64,000 nt of DNA from Candidatus Poribacteria bacterium (GTDB lineage Bacteria > Poribacteria > WGA-4E > PCPOR2b): the NCBI GenBank assembly GCA_965215015.1, contig OZ244042.1, positions 352,001 through 416,000 of the forward strand, read 5' to 3'. Of this stretch, positions 59,399-64,000 are shown in pieces (the first letter of the stretch is position 1; each line of letters starts with the position of its first letter). The notes beneath the pieces were generated by a model. It was not told the origin of the DNA. It did no database searches and saw nothing but the letters and a program-made list of their open reading frames with translations. A program made the position numbers and the translations under genes.

Positions 59399-60388
59399 TC
59401 AAGCACAACGAGGATCATCCGTCTGCCAGCGATGGAAGGTAGGATTTTCACCTTCGGAGAGTTTGCGTCGCGTCTCATACCACAGATTTGCCCATTCCTC
59501 AGGATCGTGTAATTCACTCTCCGGATTGGACCGGCTGCGCGCAACAAAGCCCGGAAACGCACTGCGCCCGGTTGGCTGACCTGTCGGGTTATAGCGCAGA
59601 TCAAAGCTCCAGCGAATATTGTCGCTGTTATTCGGCAGCGAGCTATGGCAGTTGAGACGGTGGAAAAATAGGACGCCTCCGCGTTTGAGAGGGATTGGCA
59701 CGCTATCTTCGGCACGCAGAAATTTGCCCGGAATGTGGCGACCAAATCCTCTTGACATGTCGGTGCTCGTGATGCAGTGCTGAAGCAATCCTTCACGGTG
59801 GCTTTTGGGGATAACTTCGAGGCAACCGTTTTCAATAGTAGCATCCCATAAGCCGAACCAAACCGTTAGCATATCGGTTTCATCTGCTTCTTCCGTGACA
59901 ACCCCGTTATCTTGATGCCATGGAGTTGCCCCTATCTGGACACGCCCTGTATCTTCGTTGACGGGACAGAGGTGCTCCGGAGGCTTCAGGCGTACATGCT
60001 GCACCGGGTTTGAGTAAATTTCGGGACCGATCAACGATTCGATAGCGTCGAGAAGTTTCTCGTTACGGAGAAGGTGAAAAACCTGCGGTCCAACCCACAT
60101 CGGCGTATCCGGCTGCACATTCTGCTGGGGCAACGAAAAATCGAAATACTGTGCATGCACCCTGCCAGATTCAGCGTAAATTTTCGTCAGTCGATCGCCA
60201 AACGGCAGATCATCATACGTCGAAGCTATCTCACCCTCCGCATATAAATCTTGGGCGAGTTGATCCAAAACATCTCCGTATTCTTCAATGACTGGATCCA
60301 GGTCCTGTTCAGGGGCCAGCACGTCTTCAACGACTAGATACCCCTCTTCCTTAAAGTGTGCCACTTGGGCTTCGGTGAGATGTGCCAT
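59399..60388 (-). CDS. PhyH-family dioxygenase
   Basis: FKEEGYLVV, TPWHQDNG, ENGCLEVIPKSH, HSSLPN...RWSFDLRY. Confidence 0.9.
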   Translation of the reverse strand: MAHLTEAQVAHFKEEGYLVVEDVLAPEQDLDPVIEEYGDVLDQLAQDLYAEGEIASTYDDLPFGDRLTKIYAESGRVHAQYFDFSLPQQNVQPDTPMWVGPQVFHLLRNEKLLDAIESLIGPEIYSNPVQHVRLKPPEHLCPVNEDTGRVQIGATPWHQDNGVVTEEADETDMLTVWFGLWDATIENGCLEVIPKSHREGLLQHCITSTDMSRGFGRHIPGKFLRAEDSVPIPLKRGGVLFFHRLNCHSSLPNNSDNIRWSFDLRYNPTGQPTGRSAFPGFVARSRSNPESELHDPEEWANLWYETRRKLSEGENPTFHRWQTDDPRCA

Positions 60389-60582
60389 CTTGTTACCTTC
60401 CTTTGTGTAGATTGTATTCAATTACTTCCGATAGGACAGGTTAATGGAAGCAAACCGCTCTTACTGTAATTATAACAAAATTCTGGCAAGTTGAAAACCT
60501 AAAAAATTAACAGGGATAAAACGGAGTGCCAAACGAATTACAAGTGATGCCGTGACTGTGTTATACCCCTGACGAAAAGGTG

Positions 60583-60611
60583 TTGACCGGTTGCTTGGAT
60601 TGTGCTATAAT
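60583..60611 (+). promoter_or_regulatory. Sigma70 promoter with extended -10
   Basis: TTGACC-17 bp-TATAAT with TG at -15/-14. Confidence 0.5.
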
Positions 60612-60724
60612 AGCGAGCAAGTTAATAAAGCACCAAGAATGCTTTGTAAAGAGTGTTACACTTCAAAAGCGTTCAAGGCACCTCCGACTTACACCACCTG
60701 ACGATATACCCTCTTATCAGGAAA

Positions 60725-61112
60725 TGTTGTCTAGAAAAATAAAAATCTACGAGGGAAAGAATTATCGGTTTTACAATACGTCGTGTTTCGATCTCTCTCA
60801 TTGTGCCAATGAATCCATTTCATTGACTGCCACCTCCCCTCCCTATTGGAATACTATCGATTACGATACACATGTCAATAACGATAACGCTTGGTATATT
60901 AGGACAGTATGATGGTTTCGGTACGACTTATACTAGGGGACTATCCAATCTTAGGCAGTGGGCAAACAGCGCGAGGGGCTTTAAGGTTCAATCACAAATG
61001 TGTGGGCTACGATACCAAGTATCTAGATTTAGCCCACGAGCGACTATATGAAGCACCACAGTACAAGTATCCACTACTACCCAAGATGGAGAGACAAGAG
61101 GTCATATTATAA
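60725..61112 (+). pseudogene. Degraded beta-class N4/N6 DNA methyltransferase
   Basis: Fragment 1 carries SISLTATSPPYWN (motif IV); fragment 2 carries DYPILGSGQTA...CVGYD..YL (motif I-like). The frames differ and the central region is missing. Confidence 0.65.
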
Positions 61113-61149
61113 GCTTCAATATAGATAGATAAGCTTCAATATAGATAGG
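61110..61149. repeat. 20-bp tandem duplication at a MITE end
   Basis: TAAGCTTCAATATAGATAG(A/G) x2, overlapping the TAGGAGTT end of the family B element. Confidence 0.8.
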
Positions 61150-61333
61150 AGTTAGGCACTTGAGTTTGTAGTCGCGCAATTCAACCCGCGTCTTTAAGGG
61201 AGTCGGCATACGCCCTATGCCGTCCTCCTGCGTCCCCCCGCTTGCGGGGGGTGGGGGCTCTTAGAGGGGTATTACGGCACGCGGAGCCTGCCTATCACTG
61301 TCGGGTGAGCTGTAGCTGCCCGATTCATCGGGC
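61146..61333. repeat. Family B composite repeat plus BIME-like REP pair
   Basis: Matches 24551, 40425 and 41773; the right part matches the reverse complement of 15367-15425. Confidence 0.8.
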
Positions 61334-61495
61334 GTTGAGAGGCATGTTCACCGAATCTGCAATGGTGGCACAGTAGGTCGATTTTGGAAAATCGATAGTA
61401 TTGCGTCGAGATATGAGCCTCGACCGACAAGGCTTCGAGGGGCCAACCGCGTAAGTTCCAATAGAATAAGGAATGATATTTTTCGGAGTTATTTT

Positions 61496-63574
61496 ATGAT
61501 AGATAGCTTTGTTCAATTCGCTCGCAGTATCCTATCAGACAACTGGTTTGCGTGGTTTTATCAATACCTGTTCGGTGGGCTGTTCTTTTTCTCTTCCCTC
61601 TGGCTGGCAGTCCATGCCGGTACGATATACAAGGGACTGCGCGCTGACCGGCGGATCATCTGGGTGCTCGTCGTGGGCTTCTTTCTGTTCGCAGGCCTCC
61701 ACCTGGTTTGGATCTTCTCTGTGGAGGGCCCCCCCCGGCAAATGAGCGACTCACTCCATACCATCGACTACACCGTCATTGTTCTCTACTTTGCGGCTAT
61801 TGTGGCTTGTGGAATCTACTTCGGGCGATATACGAAATCCACAGCGGATTTCTTCTTCGGGGGGCAACGCTTCGTCTGGTGGTTGATCGCCGCGTCGTGT
61901 ATTGCCACGCTCGTCGGTTCCTACAGCTTTATCAACTATTCCGACCTCGGCTATGATAGTGGACTTGCCAGTATGACGTACTATACGAACGACTGGTTCA
62001 TCATGCCGCTGTTCCTGTTAGGTTGGTTTCCCATCATCTACTTCAACCGCATAAGCACCATCCCCGAGTATTTTGAACGCAGGTTCGATCGACGCACGCG
62101 ATTCATGGTCCTGATCCTGATCATGCTGTATCTTGTCGGTTATATCGGCATGAACCTACAGACGATTGCCGTTGTTCTGAACCGTGTCATAGGGATGCCC
62201 ATACTGGTGGGTGCCGTAATCGTGGCAATCATTTCGCTTGCCTATATGCACAGCGGAGGACAGATGTCGGTGCTCATGACCGATCTGTTCCAGAGCATAA
62301 TCCTATTTGTCGCCGGTATCGGCATTTTCCTGCTTGGCATCCACCACGTTGGCGGCTGGGACGCGTTTTGGAACGGACTCCCAGCGACGCACAAAGTCCC
62401 CTTCCCCCAATTCAACGAACCCGCAAATTTTCACTTCATCGGTACGTTCTGGGGCGATGCGCTTTCAGGCACTGTGGCTTTCTTTTTCATCAATCAGGGT
62501 ATCATTCTGCGTTTCCTATCGGTCAAATCCGTCCACGATGGACGCAAAGCTATGATTGTTATGGTGCTTGTCCTGATGCCTATTGCAGCAATTGTTGTCA
62601 GCAATGGAGGTTGGGTCGGCAAAGCGATGCAGACCTACGGTTGGCCCGAAGCACCAGAAAAGGCGAAGAGTGTCTTCGTGATGGTGATGCAAATCATCAC
62701 CCAGCCGGGGGTGTTTGGTCTGGTCATCGCCGCGCTGCTCGCAGCACTGATGTCCACGCTCGATACACTTATTAACGCCGTCTCCGCCGTAGGCGTTAAT
62801 GACATCTGGAAAACCGTTGTACCGGGCAAAGACGATAAATACTATCTTCATGCAGCTCGCTTGGCAGCCGTTGGTGCAACACTTTTGGGATTGGTGCTCG
62901 TTCCCATCTTTGAACTGGACGATCAGATCTATACGGCTCACTCAAAGTTCTTCACGACGATATTGCCATCACTGATTGTAGTCCTGCTTATGGGTGTCCT
63001 CTGGTCCCGTTTCACACCGACAGCAGCGTTCTGGGCACTTCTCTTGGGATCGCTGCTTACCCTCATTACCCATCACAAATCCCTCTATTTTCTGATTAAA
63101 CCACTCGCCCACGGCGTGCCTCCCGATAAGGGATACATATATATGCGCGGATTGTTCGGTACGCTGGTCACAGTTGTGCTGGGGGTAGGAATCACTCTCT
63201 TTACCAAACCGCGACCCAAGGCGGACCTCCCCGGACTTTGCCTTGCTACCTTGTCCGAAGGAATGCGGCTATTTAAGGGCGGTGAACCCAATCGATCTGA
63301 ACCGAAGACCTCTTCCCCCCTCCAACTTCGTACAGGTTCGGTTGACGCCGACCGCGTGCAGCTGCCAATTGAGTTGATGAACGAACTTTCCATTCAGGAA
63401 GGGGACATCATCTATGTATCGGACGCCCGTCGATGGTTAGGCGGTCTACGTTCCGTGCATCTGAAAGCCGACGAACCGCATCAGGAAACAGGTGTCATCA
63501 TTCTGAACGATGCTGCCATCGATCGTGCGAATTTCAGTGTTGAGCTGCCTGTCAGGGTCGAGAAGATATTCTGA
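61496..63574 (+). CDS. Sodium:solute symporter with N-terminal two-TM extension and C-terminal soluble domain
   Basis: DFFFGGQ, TIPEYFERRFD, MTDLFQ, NQGIILRFL, LLAALMSTLD. Confidence 0.9.
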   Translation: MIDSFVQFARSILSDNWFAWFYQYLFGGLFFFSSLWLAVHAGTIYKGLRADRRIIWVLVVGFFLFAGLHLVWIFSVEGPPRQMSDSLHTIDYTVIVLYFAAIVACGIYFGRYTKSTADFFFGGQRFVWWLIAASCIATLVGSYSFINYSDLGYDSGLASMTYYTNDWFIMPLFLLGWFPIIYFNRISTIPEYFERRFDRRTRFMVLILIMLYLVGYIGMNLQTIAVVLNRVIGMPILVGAVIVAIISLAYMHSGGQMSVLMTDLFQSIILFVAGIGIFLLGIHHVGGWDAFWNGLPATHKVPFPQFNEPANFHFIGTFWGDALSGTVAFFFINQGIILRFLSVKSVHDGRKAMIVMVLVLMPIAAIVVSNGGWVGKAMQTYGWPEAPEKAKSVFVMVMQIITQPGVFGLVIAALLAALMSTLDTLINAVSAVGVNDIWKTVVPGKDDKYYLHAARLAAVGATLLGLVLVPIFELDDQIYTAHSKFFTTILPSLIVVLLMGVLWSRFTPTAAFWALLLGSLLTLITHHKSLYFLIKPLAHGVPPDKGYIYMRGLFGTLVTVVLGVGITLFTKPRPKADLPGLCLATLSEGMRLFKGGEPNRSEPKTSSPLQLRTGSVDADRVQLPIELMNELSIQEGDIIYVSDARRWLGGLRSVHLKADEPHQETGVIILNDAAIDRANFSVELPVRVEKIF

Positions 63575-63619
63575 GAGGATGCCAGGTCTCCTCTCCCACC
63601 GTCGCACGCGTTCAAAGGG

Positions 63620-64000
63620 TGAACGTGAAAGTTCAGTGTCTTTGTAGTTTTGAGTCGGGCAGTCGTTGCTATCCAATTCGATGTCGTACTGACCGGGGAC
63701 ATTGATGCCGAAGATGGCATTTTTCACTGGACCATCAGCGGGGCCCAGCGGTTCCAAATTGTGCTTATCCTACAAGTCTACCGGAATCTCGATGCGGCGC
63801 AATGCCTCGATCTGCCATTGTGGCGAACCCGCCCAGATTGAATCGGTGTCCTACAGCACACCACCCACCCCTAACCCCTTGATCAATATCCCCCAACATT
63901 GCCGCTGCGAACCTTGGATGTGTAATTGCCAACGCACCGAACGAGAGACCGATGTCGGCGTACACATTCGACACCCCGTGTTTTTCGGGGATAGCAGCCA
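63620..64000 (-). pseudogene. Amidohydrolase-family pseudogene, C-terminal part (runs off window end)
   Basis: IPEKHGVSNVYADIG...HPRFAAAMLG, then a +1 G frameshift, then ILIKGLG...VL*DTDSIWAGSPQWQIEALRRIEIP.DL*DKH..EPLGPADGPVKNAIFG with two in-frame TAG codons. Confidence 0.7.

Noticed and set aside
1451-63393. Numerous 60-190 aa ORFs overlapping long genes on the opposite strand or in other frames
   Set aside because: Shadow ORFs with no recognisable motifs, nested in well-supported CDSs.
63760-63860. Pyrrolysine read-through of in-frame TAG codons, given the corrinoid methyltransferases in the window
   Set aside because: The gene is an amidohydrolase that also has a frameshift, and no pyl genes or MttB-type gene are seen.

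Overview
Bacterial chromosomal window with about 47 protein-coding genes, no rRNA, tRNA or CRISPR, and many small intergenic repeats. Five PhyH dioxygenases, a long TPR protein and the repeat types suggest Candidatus Poribacteria or a similar sponge/marine lineage (inference). Main blocks: (1) a TonB-receptor-like ORF running off the left edge plus a 1098-aa TPR protein; (2) a diadenylate-cyclase-domain protein and a PEGA protein with a degenerate caspase-like domain; (3) TolC/MacA/ABC-ATPase genes without a permease, followed by an RFAP synthase (methanopterin pathway); (4) argB, pilD, an NtrC-family regulator and prpBC; (5) a solitary Eco57I-like N6-adenine methyltransferase/RM gene with an AT-rich specificity domain, whose stop codon lies inside the first of an array of 102-bp palindromic elements separated by relic copies of the gene's own 3' end; (6) an 11-kb cobalamin-dependent methyl-transfer cluster (MtaA/CmuA-like, corrinoid protein, RamA-like activator, HxG-type PhyH, MetF-MetV fusion, AcsE-like, Ldh_2, homocysteine methyltransferase) opposite a FadR-family regulator; (7) catabolic enzymes and transporters; (8) two pseudogenes. 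The most unusual signals are the RM-linked repeat array and the methyl-transfer cluster. All calls come from motif recognition by eye; no searches were run.
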